Assembly (NCBI GenBank): GCA_963514005.1
Contig: OY740804.1
Coordinates: forward strand, 28,086,001-28,150,000
Reading direction: 5' to 3'
Source: Raja brachyura
Lineage: Eukaryota
DNA: 64,000 nucleotides
The translations under genes were made by a program, and so were the position numbers. How positions within the stretch are numbered: position 1 is the first letter of the stretch; every line of letters begins with the position of its first letter. The notes under the pieces were generated by a model. The model was not told the origin of the DNA, made no database searches, and saw only the letters and a program-made list of their open reading frames with translations. Shown in pieces: positions 1 to 13,952 of this stretch.

Positions 1-147
1 CGAAGATATCGTAAGTGGAAAACGCATTTAATGCCATTTTATCACGTGGCCTGAAGTGACATGAGGCTCGCTGCTGTTACCCAGCGTTTGCACCATCGTA
101 AAGTCGAGGTATCGTAAGTCGAAGCATCGTAAATCGAGGAGCATCTG
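1..147. mobile_element. Right part of a Tigger/pogo-type MITE (MER47-like), cut by window start
   Basis: Repeated ATCGTAAGTCGA sub-terminal units, terminus ...gaggagcatctg followed by TA (148-149). Confidence 0.7.
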
Positions 148-1279
148 TACAGCACTTTTAGTGGTGAGCCAGAACGTTAATACTAAAATTAAGCTTCTGC
201 TTCTGCCGGGTGTTGATGATTTAAAGATGAATACTTCGCTGCTGCAAGTAAACAGGTTGACTGGTCATCAGTGACGAAATCCAGGAAGTAGGAAGACTAT
301 CTAGAGTTTGGAATTCGCTTCAAAGTGGAATGAAATCGGGAAGTGAACAAAGATAGAAAACTGGATTGACCAATTACATTTTTGTCTGGCAGAAGCTGTT
401 TGGCTTAACTTTTCAGCAAAAAGCAGGTTGCTCAAAGTGGATTTAGGGCTGTAAGACATTGCAAAGGAATATGGTGGCCAAGATGTTGAATGGTAGCAGT
501 TAAGTTGCATTAATCGGGCCGACTACCACAGACCAATGTGTGTTTTATTTCAAGTGTATTTTCTTTAGTGCTCGGACCAAGGTTTTTCCCAAATGTCCAA
601 CAACAGCGGGCATAGCGATAACGGTGAGAGTGGGGAAATGTAATGGAGATGTTGGGGGAAAATTTGTGAACGGAGGTGCGCACTTACTAGACCCAATTAT
701 ATATTGGCATTTACACGCTTTGTTTTTTGTTGTCCCATAGTTTATGTGTAAAGGCAACTGAGATTCACATGTGGCATTGGTTGGGATAGGGTTTCATCAT
801 TAAACACTAAGCTTGTAGACAGTTTATTACTGAATATGGAGTTAGTTATTATCCTTTGGCATTACTGTGCATAAGCAGTTTGATTAATTGATTGATTGTT
901 ACGTTATTGTCACATCTACTTTGTACAGTGAAATGCTTTGTTTTGCAAACAATACCCAAGTATGCAAAGAGTAAAGGGTGCTGACAAAGTAACAAAAGTA
1001 TTTAATATAGTCCCTCTTCCTGTCTCCCACTTCTTCCCCCCCCCACCACCCCCAGCCTCTCTTGGTTCTCAGTGACCCCACCCCCCATGTCCGCTCCAGC
1101 AAGGCTGCGCAGCGCTCACTGGCGGCTGCATCCAGTGCTGGCGCAGCGCTTGCCGGGAGTTTAGATACTACTTTGGCATTGGGCCTGGTTTTCATGGATG
1201 AGCGCACATCCTGGTGCTGTCGCACAAGTACTTTGTGTTTTAACTGTCATATAGGCGAGCATGAACTGTGCAAAGTTTG

Positions 1280-1578
1280 GTTTAGTTTACAGATACAGCG
1301 CGAAAACTGACCCTTCGGACCACCGAGTCCGCACCCACCAACGATCCCTGCACATTAACACTATCCTACACACACCAGGGACAATTTTACATTTATACCA
1401 AGCCAATTAACCTATTAACCTGTATGTCTTTGGAGAGTGGGAGGAAACCGAATACCTCGGAGAAAACCCACGCAGATCACCAGGAGAACGTACAGATTTT
1501 GTACAGACAGCACCCGTAGTCAGGATGAGCCTAGGTCTCTGGTGCTGTAAGGTAGCAACTCTACCGCTGCACCACCCT
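1280..1578 (-). mobile_element. tRNA-derived SINE copy
   Basis: Reverse complement of the 53248-53560 family. Confidence 0.8.
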
Positions 1579-3096
1579 AGTGTGTTGGCGATGGGTAATA
1601 TGAGGAAAAGTTAACTTGATGGGTTAGTGCATAATTTAACGTGAGATTTACTGGGCTATTTCTCGATGCCATGCCGCATAAATCGGAGCATTGTCAGACA
1701 CGTTCCACGAGCACCCTGAAGACCTGTTCCTCTCTGAGTGGCTCACGTAGTGAGGGTGCAATGCATCCGCTGGTCGCAGCAATGCAAACACTCGACACAT
1801 TTATATCTCACACTGCCTCGGCAAGGCCAGCAGCATAATTAAGGACGAGTCGCACCCAGGCCACTCCTTCCTCTCCTCTCCCATCGGGCAAAAAAGTATA
1901 GAATTGTGAAAATGCACACCTCCAGATTCAGGGACAGTTTCTTCACAGCTGTTATCAGGCAACTGAATCATCTTACCACAACCAGAGAGCAGTGCTGAAC
2001 TACTATCTACCTCCTTGGTGACCCTCGGACTATCCTTGATCGGACTTTGCTGCCTTTATCTTGCACTAAACGTTATTCCCTTATCATGTATCTGTACACT
2101 GTGAGTGGCTCGATTGTCATCATATATTGTCTCTCCGCTGACTGGTTAGCACACAACAAGAGCTTTTCACTGTACCTCGGTGCACATGACAATAAACTAA
2201 ACTGTAAACATTCGGCAATCCATTAGCACATCAGCTGGGTTGAAGATCTGGAAGGAAATTTCTAACCATGCAATGGCAGATAGATCTGGATATCCCATTA
2301 AGGTTGAATTTTCATGGGAATAGTATCAAACTGTGCACAAAACGTGGCACCAAATGATCACATTTTTAGGCAAGTGAGTTTTGTAAGATGGAACATATCT
2401 GTCAATTGTACAAATTAAAATTCCAGCTGCGTAACATATATTTATATAAAGCAACGAATGACTCCATTACATTCAGCTATGTTCACGCAAAGGAACAAAA
2501 GATGAGGGAGAGAGATAGAGGCTTTATTGTATATAACAGATGCCTGAAGATTTCCACAAAAAGTAGCATGTTGAGATATCTGATAATATACATCTTGTGT
2601 TCCTCAATAGTAGCACAATTATGAAATTTAATTTATTTGGAGGATGCATCACAGTAGCTTAAATGAATACAACAGGAAAGCCTTTTCCCATTTGCAAGAT
2701 AGAATCCTGCTCCAAACTATTTAATTTATAAAAATGATACATTTGTAAATATGGCTACTCTAAATATAAACTGGTATTATCTAGCTCTATTACTGTATCA
2801 GTGGTTCATTTACCATGTGTTAGTTTACAATATATACTTAGAAAGCAGTGCAAATGCTGTAAGAATATTATTTAGTAATAGAAATTTTCTTTTAAAGGCA
2901 TTCAGAATCATCTGTTAGAGGATAATAGTGATGGCATGTACATATCTAGTGCTTCGCTGGGCTAATATATGACTAGATTTTGGTTTCCAGTCATGTATAA
3001 CCTCAGGGAAACATGCATGGTGCAGAGTTGTAGATGTGAGTGTGTACTGGAACCTGCCTACTACCTAGCAAAATACCTACTGAAGGCCGATTGCTA

Positions 3097-3423
3097 TTTA
3101 GTTTAGTTTCAAGTTTAGTTTAGGGATACAACACAGAAGCAGACCCTTCGGCCCACCAAGTCCGTGCCGACCAGCGATCCTAATACACAGAACTATACTA
3201 CACATTAGGGTCAATTCACAATTTGTTTTTACCAAAGCCAAATTAACCTACAAACCTGAACGTCTTTGGAGAATGGGAGGAAACCGGAGCACTCGAAGAA
3301 AGCCCACACAGTCTCAGCGAGAACATACGAGCTCTGTACAGACAGCACCCGCAGTAAGGATCAAACCCGTGTCTCTGGCACTGTAAGGCACCAACTCTAC
3401 TGCTGCACCACCGTGCCGCCCCA
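3097..3423 (-). mobile_element. tRNA-derived SINE copy
   Basis: Same family; ends accgtgccgccc. Confidence 0.82.
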
Positions 3424-3887
3424 GGGGTGCTGTTCTTTATTTACAAGCTCAAGTAATATTATTAATTAAGGTTGGGCAGTACATAGCCCATATTTCAGAA
3501 AATATATATTTTGCGGATTCAAAACTGGGCTTGGCTGTGGCCAATTTGTGTGTGTGGGGGGGGGGGGGGTTGAAGCATTAGTAATGACAGACAGATATAC
3601 ATGTCTAGTAATACATAGCAGGATGATTACATTCACATCTGCAAAAGAAGGAAAGTTGCAAACCCCAGCGATATGGGTGTAGAGAGGCGATTGTCAGTAT
3701 AAACAACACCCACTAACTTTATTCTGTAGTGACTTCAAGTCTCTTGTTCCCATTTGAAAGTGTTTGGACAGCAGGCTTAATTCAGAATTGAAATGAAGGC
3801 ACTTACTGTAATCATTCCAGTGAGATGCAGTAAACAGATATTTCAATCCAAAGGAAGTGGCTGGAACCTTTTGGGTTGAATTACATT

Positions 3888-5058
3888 CAAGTCAAGTCAA
3901 GTCAAGTTTATTCGTCACATACACATACGGGATGTGCAGTGAAATGATAAGTGGCCGTGCCTGCGGACTTTGTGCAAAAAACAAACAAACAAACAACCAA
4001 CAAACTACAAACAGAATCACATGTTGTTTTTCATATTAAATATTGTGGGCGGTATTGTGGTACAGTAAGTTAGTAGAGTTAGTCCCTGGTGAGATAGGAG
4101 TTTACAGACCGAATGGCCTCTGGGAAGAAACTCCTTCTCATCCTCTCCGTTCTCACAGCGCGGCAACGGAGGCGTTTGCCTGACCATAAGAGCTGGAACA
4201 GTCCGTTGCAGGGGTAGAAACATAGAAACATAGAAATTAGGTGCAGGAGTAGGCCATTCGGCCCTTCGAGCCTGCACCGCCATTCAATATGATCATGGCT
4301 GATCATCCAACTCAGTATTCCGTACCTGCCTTCTCTCCATACCCTCTGATCCCCTTAGCCACAAGGGCCACATCTAACTCCCTCTTAAATATAGCCAATG
4401 AACTGGCCTCAACTACCCTCTGTGGCAGAGAGTTCCAGAGACCCACCACTCTCTGTGTGAAAAAATTCCTTCTCATCTCGGTCCTAAAGGATTTCCCCCT
4501 TATCCTTAAGGGTGGAAGGGGTCTCCCATTATCTTATTGGCTCTGGAGTTGCACCTCGTGATGTATAGTTCCTGCAGAGGGGCGAGAGAAGTTCCCATAG
4601 TGCGTTCGGCCGAACGCACTACTCTCTGCAGAGCCTTCTTGTCCTGGGCAGAGCAATTCCTAAACTAGATTGTAATGTTTCCGGACAAGATGCTTTCCAC
4701 AGCCGCAGAGTAGAAGCACTGGAGGATCCTCGGAGACACTCTGAATTTTCTCAATTGCCTGAGGTGGTAAAGGCGCTGCCTTGCCTTACTCACGAGTGCT
4801 GCAGTGTGCGATGTCCATGTCATATCCTCAGAGATGTGGACTCCCAGGTATTTAAAACAGTTCACTCTATCCACAGCATCCCCATTTATCCTCAATGGTG
4901 TGTACGTCCTCGGATGATGTGCCCTCCTAAAGTCCACGATCAGCTCCTTCGTTTTTTTTATGTTCACGAGGAGGCTGTTGTCCTGACACCAGAGTGCCAG
5001 ATCAGCTACCTCCTCCCGGTAGGCCTTCTCATCGTTGTCTGAGATCAGGCCCACCACC
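3888..5058 (-). mobile_element. Rex1/Babar- or L2-like LINE 3' fragment with a nested CR1 piece
   Basis: ORF 4665..5069 (VVGLISDNDE.AYREEV..L..WCQDN.L.VN..KTKELIVDFRR, FKYLGVHI) is a C-terminal RT region; (TCAAG)n tail at 3888-3907. Confidence 0.85.
4218..4510 (-). mobile_element. CR1 LINE 3' end nested in the Rex1/L2-like LINE
   Basis: gaaacata tandem tail and CR1 3' UTR; near-identical to 8947-9240. Confidence 0.8.
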
Positions 5059-6149
5059 GAGAGTGACAATGTTTTTCTATCCCAAAATTGGAGTCAAATA
5101 TACAAACAGCATACACTAAGTCGTGTACCTCCAGAAAATAACGTGCTAGAATTTATTTTAATATGTCCTTCAATTTGCACATGGAAATTCTTTCCCATTC
5201 AAAGAGAAAGGAGGGGAGCAATCACCAGCAAACAACATGATAATTCTCATAACCATGTTTGTGGCTTCCACCTTCTAGCTATTTATTGCAAGTAATTGAA
5301 GAGTATCTGTGCACCATGGGCGGCTCAATTGTAATCAATCATGTATAGTCTTTCTGCTGACTGGTTAGCAGGCAATAAAAAGCTTTTCGCTGTACCTCGG
5401 TGAATGTGACAATAAACTAAACTAAACTAAAAAACGGAACCACTCAGAGAGTGTTGTCGTTCAGAATTCACTGCTTGGAGGGCTGGTGGTAACAGAATTG
5501 GTCAGTGCCTGCAGAAGGGAATTGGATAGTCACTTGAGAAAGACGATGGAACTAAACAGTGGAAGAGTGCAGTGAAATGGGATGAATAAGATCACACTGC
5601 CAGGAGCTGACATGGACTCAATGGGCAGAATGGCCTCCTTTTCTGCTGTAACGATTCAATGATTCTACGATTATTTGGGAAGAAAGACAGGAACGTTTTT
5701 CTTGAAAATCATGTTTTCCTTTTAGTCATAAACAGTGAGTGATACAAGATTATTTAGGATTAGGCAACATTTGCGTCATCCCTACACTGGTTTATCTCTC
5801 TCAGGAAAAGCAGTGTCTGCTCAGTGTCTCTGGTTGACCAAAAATATGCCCTGGCTTGGATTTCATTGCAGTTGCCCAAGTTTGTCTGCCTTGACCCTAA
5901 AGTATGTTCCAGGATCGAGTTTGTTCTTCAACATCACTGTCTGACAATGTTGTTGCTTTTCGTTCTTCAATAGTTGAAGTAAAATGGTGTCGCTACTTGC
6001 TTGCTCTGCTCAACCCTGGTTAGCCCTGCTTAAAAAAGTCTTCATCAAAATTATTCATGTTTTAAAACATTCTCTTTTACTTACTGGATTGATGTGACCC
6101 TTACACCATGACTCCGCAGATATTTCTCCCCAAATTATTAGCATCCTAA

Positions 6150-6428
6150 TGCCCCTGTCCCATTTAGGAAACCTTAATAGAAACCTCTGGAGACTTTGCG
6201 CCCCACTAAAGGTTTCCGTGCGGTTTTCGGAGGTTTTTGTCAGTCTCCCTAATGGTCAAAAGTGGTTTCCGCTTCTTCTCTGTTCCAGTGAAGATGCGGA
6301 AACCACTTTCGACCATTAGGGAGACTGACAAAAACCTCCGAGAACCTCCGAAAACCGCACGGAAACTTTGGGTGGGGCGCAAAGTCTCCAGAGGTTTCCG
6401 TTTAGGTTTCCTAAGCGGGACAGGGGCA
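6150..6428. mobile_element. Palindromic MITE, PIF/Harbinger-like (copy 1)
   Basis: TIR tgcccctgtccca.ttaggaaacc / ggtttcctaag.gggacaggggca; long internal inverted arms; flanks TAA / TCA. Confidence 0.8.
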
Positions 6429-8211
6429 TCACAGTGGATTCGGTGAGCCAAAGGGCCTGTTTCTGTGCTGTATTCCTAAAGTCCAAAGTCTCCTAAAGCC
6501 CCTTGCCGTTTCCGACGGAGGGGGGGGGGGGTTGCTTGATCTAAAACGTTAATTCTCTTTCTCTTTCCACGGATTCTGCCGGAACTTATGAGTCCACATA
6601 ATTTGCCGCCCTCCCTCTTCCCCACATACCCACCTTCATCCCCCCTTCCCTCTCCCACTTTCCCCTGTGACCCACATGGACTGACACCTGTTTCTCCTCT
6701 CCCCCCACCCTTCCCACCTACATTCCTTCTTCTAGCTTCACAATTACAACTCTTCAATCCTTTTGTCTCACACTTTTTGTTTTCTCATCGCTGCCCTTTT
6801 TTCCAACCATTTCCCTATCAAAAACCCCTCCTCACCTGCATCAAACTACTACCTGCCAGGATTTGTCCTGCCTTCCTCCCCACCCCCCCACTCCCCCCCC
6901 CCCCCTTTCCCCTTACAATCAGTCTGAAGAAGGTTGTCGACCTGGAACGTCACCTATCCATGTTCTCCTGGGATGCTGCCTGACCTGCTGAGTTACTTGA
7001 GTACGTGTGCATTCAGCTGAGTGTTTCCAGCTGGTTTACACTTCTTCCGGCCTCATAAATTGTAGTACTGTAGACAATTTAAGTCTAGCTCAAATTTGCA
7101 GTGAGTTACAATTCAGAGAGTAAGTGTTATTACTCAGCAAAGATTGGAACCTACTTAATGTGTGGATTGTGAAGAATGGGCAGTCTGAGAAAGGAGGGAA
7201 AAAAGCTGTGGTTATGCTGTTTAGATTTAAAGATAAAGAATTGAAACAGACTCTTCAGCCCACCGTGCATGCCGAACATCAAACTCCCGTTCACACTAGT
7301 TGCATGTTACCCCACTTTCTTATCCATTGCGTACACGCTCAGGGTTACAAAAGCCATTTAACCTGCAAACCAGTATGTCTTTGGGAAGTCATGGAGAACC
7401 GGAGTACCCGGAGAAAGTCCAGGCAGTCACAAGGAGATTGGGTATATTCCAGGTGCTCAGGCTTCCTCTCACATTCCAAAGACGTGCAGGTTTGTAGGTG
7501 AATTGGCTTCTGTACATTGTCCCTAGTGTGTAGGATAGAACTAATGAACGGGTGACCATGGTTGGCATGGGCTTGATGGGCTGAAAGGATTGTTTCCACG
7601 CTGTATCTCTTAACTACTGTACAAACTCCAAATGCACCGGTCTCGATCCAAAACGTCACCCATTCCTGTCCAGAGATGCTGCCTGTCCCGTTGAGTTACT
7701 CCAGCATTTTGTGTCTATCTTTAGTTTAAACCAGCATCTGCAGTTCCTTCCTACACAATATGATGAAGCCATGAGGTTTCTATCTACCAATATGAAGCAC
7801 TGCCTGTCTGTCCTAATAAAATTAAAAATGGACCGGGGATACAATTGCTCCATCCATTCAATGCCTGACTGAATGTTCCCAATGCTGTTTAATATCACCC
7901 TACTCCATGTCAGAATGCTGTGACACAGAGGTCATCGCCAATCTGTTCCAATCTATCCACCGAGACCTCTCTGAAGCCCCAGCTGACTGCACGATTTCAC
8001 GCAACCTCCTCTCGTCTCATTTGTGAACATGTGTGCAAACAAGGCACATCTTATTTACGATCTGTCCGCAGAAAGCTTTCAGTTCATAATGTGACTTCTG
8101 TGTTCTGTTCCACCTTCCAAATGTCATCATCAAGTCAAGAGAGAATTGCACTCCAGGTCATGTTTGAGAGGCGGGGTGGGCTGATCTGGGTTTGGAGATT
8201 CATTGGATCAA

Positions 8212-8515
8212 TGGGCAGCACGGTGGTGCTGCGGTAGAGTTGCTACTTTACTGCACCAGAGCCCCTTGTTCGATCCTGTCTACAGGTTCTATCTGTATGG
8301 AATTTGTACGTTCTCCCCGTAATCGCATGGGTTTTCAGCGGGTGTTCCGATTACCCCCGCACTACAAAGACGTACAGGTTTGTAGGTTAATTGACTTTTT
8401 ACTATAGAACTAGTAACACAAATTGTAAATTGTCCCGAGTGTGTAGGATAGTGCTTGTGTACGAGGATCGCTGGGTTCTACGGACACTTGATGTTTACTA
8501 AACAAAACTTAACTA
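8212..8515 (+). mobile_element. tRNA-derived SINE copy
   Basis: gggcagcacggtggtgc head, gttcgatcc B box. Confidence 0.8.
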
Positions 8516-8946
8516 ATGCTAAAGGGAAGAGGAAACCGGGGCAAATTGTGTACAGCCATATAGCTTGTGTGCACATCAGGTTTCTTTAAACCATACAGAT
8601 TCATTGCATAAATCAATGAGTATATCATAGTTCTTATTTACTGCATCCCCAACATTTTTGGAAACATGTCTTTACACAAACCATTTTCTTCATAAGCTTT
8701 TATTTACAATGATGATTATAATATTATTTGTTCTATTCTGAAATGTGGCCCAGCAATTGAGTTGCTGCCTAACAGCACCAGAGACCCGAGTTTGATCCTG
8801 ATTACAGGTGCTGTCTGAACAGTGGTTTGATGTTCTGTCTGTGACCGCTTGGGTTTTCTCCAAGTGCTCCAGTTTCCTTTTACATTCCAAAGACATGCAG
8901 GCTTGTAGGTTAATTGGCTTCTGTAAGTTGTCCCTAATCTGTAGTA

Positions 8947-9349
8947 TAGAAGCATAGAAAATAGGTGCAGGAGTAGGCCATTCGGCCCTTCGAGCCTGCA
9001 CCGTCATTCAATATGATCATGGCTGATCATCCAACTCAGTATCCTGTACCTGCCTTCTCTCCATACCCCCTGATCCCTTTAGCCACAAGGGCCACATCAA
9101 ACTCCCTCTTAAATATAGCCAATGAACTGGCCTCAACTACCCTCTGTGGCAGAGAATTCCACTGATTCACCACTCTCTGTGTGAAAAATGATTTTCTCAT
9201 CTCGGTCCTAAAAGACCTCCCCCTTATCCTTCAACTGTGACCCATTGTTCTGGACTTCCCCAACATCGGGAACAATCTTCCTGCATCTAGCCTGTCCAAC
9301 TCCTTAAGAATTGTGTAAGTCTCTATAAGATCCCGCCTCAATCTTCTAG
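8947..9349 (-). mobile_element. CR1 3' fragment inserted in a SINE
   Basis: CR1 3' UTR and end of ORF2; SINE head at about 8755-8945 and SINE tail at about 9350-9440. Confidence 0.8.
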
Positions 9350-9717
9350 TATAGAACTAGTGTAAGGGTGATCGTTGATTGGCACAAACTCAGTGGGCCG
9401 AAGGGTCTCTTTCTACACTGTATCTCTAAACTAGACTAAACAATACATTCCTCTTCAGAAATAACACAGTGATGATCTGTTCTCTGAAGCTGTGTTTCAA
9501 ATGTTCCACTAGAGTTTGGCTTGAAAAATTGACATCTGATAAAACTAATAATGTCTTTAAATATTATGAAGCATGCTGCTGAGTCTTCAATACTGTTAAT
9601 CTGTGTTTAATGAAGTATAATAAAGTTAAGTAGTATTTGTGAGTCTTGGAAACTTTTCTAGTATTCCTTATTGTAACTTACTGAGTAAACTCACCAGTAA
9701 ATTCTTCTGGCATAATA

Positions 9718-10480
9718 TCATACATAGATACATAGAAAATAAGTGCAGGATTGGGTCATTCGCTCTTCGAGCCAGCACTGCCATTCAATGTGATCATGGC
9801 TGATCATCCACAATCTGGACCCTGTTCCTGCCTTCTCCCCATATCCCTTGATTCCTCTAGCCCTTAGAGCTCTATCTAACTCTCTATTGAATGCATCTAG
9901 TGAATCGGCCTCCACTGTCTTCTGAGGCAGAGAATTCCACAAATTCACAACTCTCTGTGTAAAAATGTTTTTCCTCATCTCAATTCTAAATGGCCTACCC
10001 CTTATTCTTAAACTGTGGCCCCTGGTTCTGGACTCCCCCAACATCAGGAACATGTTTCCTGTGTCTAGCGTGTCCAATCCCTTAATAATTTTCGATGTTT
10101 CTATCAGGTCCTCTCTCATCCTTCTAATTTCCAGTGAATACAAACCCATTCATTCCATTCTTTTCATCATATGACAGTCCTGTCATCCCAGGAATTAACC
10201 TCGTGAACCTACGCTGTACTCACTCAATAGTAAGAATATCCTTCCTCAAATTAGGAGCCCAAAACTGCACACAATACTCCAGGTGTGGTCTCATCAAGGG
10301 CCCTGTACAGCTGCAGGAGGACCTCTTTGCTCCTATACTCAAATCCTCTTGTTATGAAGGTCAATATGCCATTAGCTTTCCTCACTGCCTGCTGTACCTG
10401 CATGTTTACTTTCAGTGACTGATTTACAAGGACACCCAGGTCTCGTTGCACTTCCCCTTTTCCTAATCTGACACCATCAA
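9718..10480 (-). mobile_element. CR1 LINE 3' fragment
   Basis: ORFs 9718..10149 and 10251..10451 (GLYSLE.RR.R.DLIE, TRGHSL, FTQRVVNLWNSLP, QRDLGV). Confidence 0.9.
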
Positions 10481-11134
10481 ATGTAACAGGTTATTTCATA
10501 CTTATGGAAAATGTTAACAGACCCGAGTCAAAGCATTGCAAATGTTAATTAGAGTCATAGAGTCACACAGCTTGGAAACAGGCCCTTTGGCCCAACTTGC
10601 CCACACCAACCAACATGTCCCATCTAGACTAGCCCCACCTGCCTGCATTTGGCCCATATCCCACCAAACCTGTCCTATCCATGTACCTGTCTAACTGTTT
10701 CTACAAAAGTTGCAATAGTCCCTGCCTCACTACTTCCTCTGGCAGCTCATTCCATACTCACAGGGTACTGTATTTCAGTTGGCATTTGAACTTGTTAGTT
10801 CTTTAACAAAACACAAAATGCTGGGTTAAATCATCAGGTCAGGCAGCAATCTTCAGACTGAATGTCATTGGCGAGGGGGGAAGCTGAAAAAGAGGTGTGT
10901 GTGGAGGAGAGGGGGGGTGGGGGGTGGAGGGGTTGGTGGTGGAACAGAGTCTGGCAAGTGATAGGTGAATACAGGTGATCGATGGGTGGACAAAGGGTAC
11001 AGAGGAAAATAACACAAAAGTGTGATAAAAAGAGGGACAAAAAGGTACTCCGCAAGGAGAGAAGATAAGTGAAATGTAAAGCAAGAGAGAGGGATATAGG
11101 TGGAAAGGGATGGGAGGGAGTTGTTGATTCTTTA

Positions 11135-11367
11135 GATCGACACAATATACTGGAGTAACTCAGCGGGTCAGGCAGCATCTCTGAAGAAAAGGAATAGGTG
11201 ACATTTCGGGTCGAGACCCTCCTTCAGATTTAAGCAGTCTGAAGAAGGGTCTTGATGCAAAATATCACCTATTCCTTTTCTCCACACATGCTGCCTGAAT
11301 GGCTGAGTTATGCCAGCATTTTGTGTCTATCTTTGGTGTGAACCAGCATCTGCAGTTCCTCCCTACA
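11135..11367. repeat. Inverted pair of Penelope pseudo-LTR fragments (hairpin)
   Basis: gacacaa..ctggagtaactcagcgggtcaggcagcatc...cttcaga followed by its reverse complement. Confidence 0.82.
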
Positions 11368-11473
11368 CGGTTAATTCTTTTGGTTCTTTTTCATCATATT
11401 CCTCTATAATTGCCAGTGTTTGGATATTTTCCGGAGAACAGTTGTTCACCAGCTCTGTGTGATTTCATTGCAG

Positions 11474-11768
11474 CTGCGGACTGACGCGGAGAAGCGGTCT
11501 ATGGTTGAGAGCGGACTGACTTGGTGCGGCAGCTCTGAAGGCAAAGGGCAGAAGAAGTCGGAGAGCGGCTACGATGCCAGCAACCTCAAGATGGATCAAA
11601 ACACAAAGTGGAGACGGATTCGGAGCGAGTCAGCTGACGAGACCACGAAAGGAGAACTCAAGAAACTGCAGCCTGCCGTGCAAACAAGTTCACTAAAGAA
11701 GACTGCGGCACCTGTGGGAGTGACTTCCCCAATGACGTGTTCGGGAGCAGGCTCTCTGAAACCAGCCG
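11474..11768 (+). CDS. NAV1: NAV1 internal coding exon (LRTDAEKRS...SLKPAG)
   Basis: Peptide LRTDAEKRSMVESGLTW...KWRR...GELKK...VGVTSPMT resembles recalled vertebrate NAV1 (LRTDSEKRSLAESGLSW...VAVTSPIT). Acceptor ttgcag| at 11473, donor G|gtgagt at 11769; phase 1 end matches the next exon. Confidence 0.9.
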
Positions 11769-11827
11769 GTGAGTGTCAACAAAGCTGAGGGCCGCTTCAT
11801 CAACGCGGCTTTTACACAAAGGCCTTC

Positions 11828-12108
11828 TAGTTTAGTTTGGTTTAGAGATACAGTGCGGAAACAGGCCCTTTGGCTCACAGAGTCCACGCCGACCATAGAT
11901 CACCCTGTACACTAACACTACCATACACACAAGGGACAAGCTACAATTCGAGCCAAAGCCAACTAACCTGCAAACCTGCACGTCTTTGGAGTTTGGGAGG
12001 AAACCGGAGCACCCGGAGAAAACCCACGTGGTTGCAGGGAGAATGTACCAACTCCGTACAGACAGCAGCCGTGGTCAGGATTGGATCCGGGTCTCTGGTG
12101 CTGAAAGG
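11828..12108 (-). mobile_element. tRNA-derived SINE copy, about 60 bp downstream of a NAV1 exon
   Basis: Same family. Confidence 0.8.
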
Positions 12109-12849
12109 CGTTTGAGCAGATGTGTCAGACTAGTTAGACAAAAGATCAAATAGTTTTCTGGTGAATTTCCCCTTGTATTTCCAATTTCCCGTTCATTGTG
12201 ACCTTTAAAATGACATGGCTCCATGATGAAAATATTTCACTCTAATCCCTGTTTATTCCCAAAGGAGCTGTATGTGACCAGCTTTGCTTACTTATTGCGC
12301 TCTCATTTTTCTCCAAGGAAGTCTGCTACTTCGCAAAGAAACGTGTGCAGCCCAGGAACTGAATTTCACCCATTTTTAGCATGTCAATTAGGGGTTATGT
12401 TTTGCCAACTGAAGTATCAGGAAAATAAAGACACAAAGTGCTGAAGTAACTAATGAGTCAGGCAGCATTCCTGGGGAACATGGACAGGTGACGTTTTGGG
12501 TCGGGTCGCTTTGTCAGACTGACGCAACCTGCTCAGATGATCGATCCATGTTATGCAGGGATGCTGACTGACCCGCTGAGTTACTGCAGCACTTTGTGTC
12601 TTTCCTTGGGAAACCAGCATTTGCAGTGTTTCCACATCATCAAAAGAACATAGTGAACATATTTTCTCCTGTTTGACAGCATTGAATCATGGCCTGCTCA
12701 TCTACAGAGGGGAACTCACACTACATTATTTCCCAGTTGATGGGGGGCAGGTTAGCGCTGCTAGAGAATTCTCTCGGGCACATTGGAGGAAGTCGCGGGA
12801 AGTGGAAAAGGAGAAGGTCCATTGGTTATGGAGAGGTCACGCTGATTCC

Positions 12850-13645
12850 TTCTGCAACTCCTTGGTTCACTCATCCCTTCCCACCTAAATCAATGTCTCC
12901 CCGGGGACTTTCCCCGTCTTCAGGAGATGCAGCACCTGTCCTTATACCTCCTCCCTTGACTCCATCCAGGGACCCCGACAGTCCTTCCAGGTGAAACAGA
13001 AGTTCACAAGCACCTCCTCTAACCTCTGTTGCTACATCTGACATTCCCAGTGTGGGCTCCTGTACATCGGCGGGACCAAGCATAGACCAGGCGACCATTT
13101 TACTGAACACTTATGCTCGGTCCAGAAAGGCCTACTGGAGCTCGCAATTGCCATCCACATTAACTCTCCATCCCCTTCCCACACTGACTGCTCTGTCCTG
13201 GGCCTCCTCCATTGCCAGAGTGAGGCCACATGCAAATTGGAGGAACAGCACCTCGTATTTAGTATGGGTGGCTTACAACCCAATAGTAATGGACATTGAA
13301 TTCTCTAATATTAGGTAAAGTCCACAATCACATCACCCCGCCTCTCCCCACCCCCTTGCTCCCCCTTCCTCCACTGAAATTCAGTTAACCAGTTCCACGG
13401 TTCGCAATGATGTATCCCTCGTGGGATCACGCTGTTCCTAGCCAACAATCAGCCTATCGGGGAACCTAACTACCTGCCTGAGGTAGGCCTTACTGGCCTT
13501 GATTTGTCCTAGTCTTTTCTTGTTTCCAGTTCATTCACCACCCTCCACTCCCGCAATCAGTTTGAAGAAGGGTCCCGACCTAAAATGTCACCTATTCATT
13601 CCCTTCAGAGATGCTGCCTGATACGCTGAGTTACTTCAGCATTTA
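12850..13645 (+). mobile_element. Penelope-like element 3' fragment: decayed GIY-YIG endonuclease and pseudo-LTR
   Basis: From about 12990: VKQKFTSTSSNL.CYI*.SQCGLLYIGGTK.R.GD.F.EH, then RKLEEQHL..., MDIEFSN; followed by the ctgaagaagggt...cctgacccgctgagttac-type repeat; an inverted partial copy lies at 12425-12630. Confidence 0.85.
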
Positions 13646-13952
13646 GGGAGGCACAGTGACGCAGCGGTAGAGCTGCTTCCTTACAGCGCCAGAGACCCGT
13701 GTTCAATTCTGACTACGGGTGCTGTATTTACGGAGTTCATACGTTCTCCCTGTGACCTGTGTGGGTTTTCTCATGGTGCTTCAGTTTCCTCCCACACTCC
13801 AAAGACGTACAAGTTTGTAGGTTAATTGGCTTCAGTAAAAAAAAATTATAATTTGTCCCGACTGTAGGAAAGTGATGGTATGATCGTTGGTCGGCACGGA
13901 CTCGGTGGGCCGAAGGGCCTGTTTGCGTGCTGTATTTCTTAAGTCTAAAGTT
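13646..13952 (+). mobile_element. tRNA-derived SINE copy
   Basis: Same family; interrupts the Penelope pseudo-LTR. Confidence 0.82.

Noticed and set aside
7920-8237. 105-aa ORF considered as the upstream NAV1 exon
   Set aside because: No match to the expected SWDESSSISSGLSD...SSLNSLP peptide; that exon probably lies before the window.
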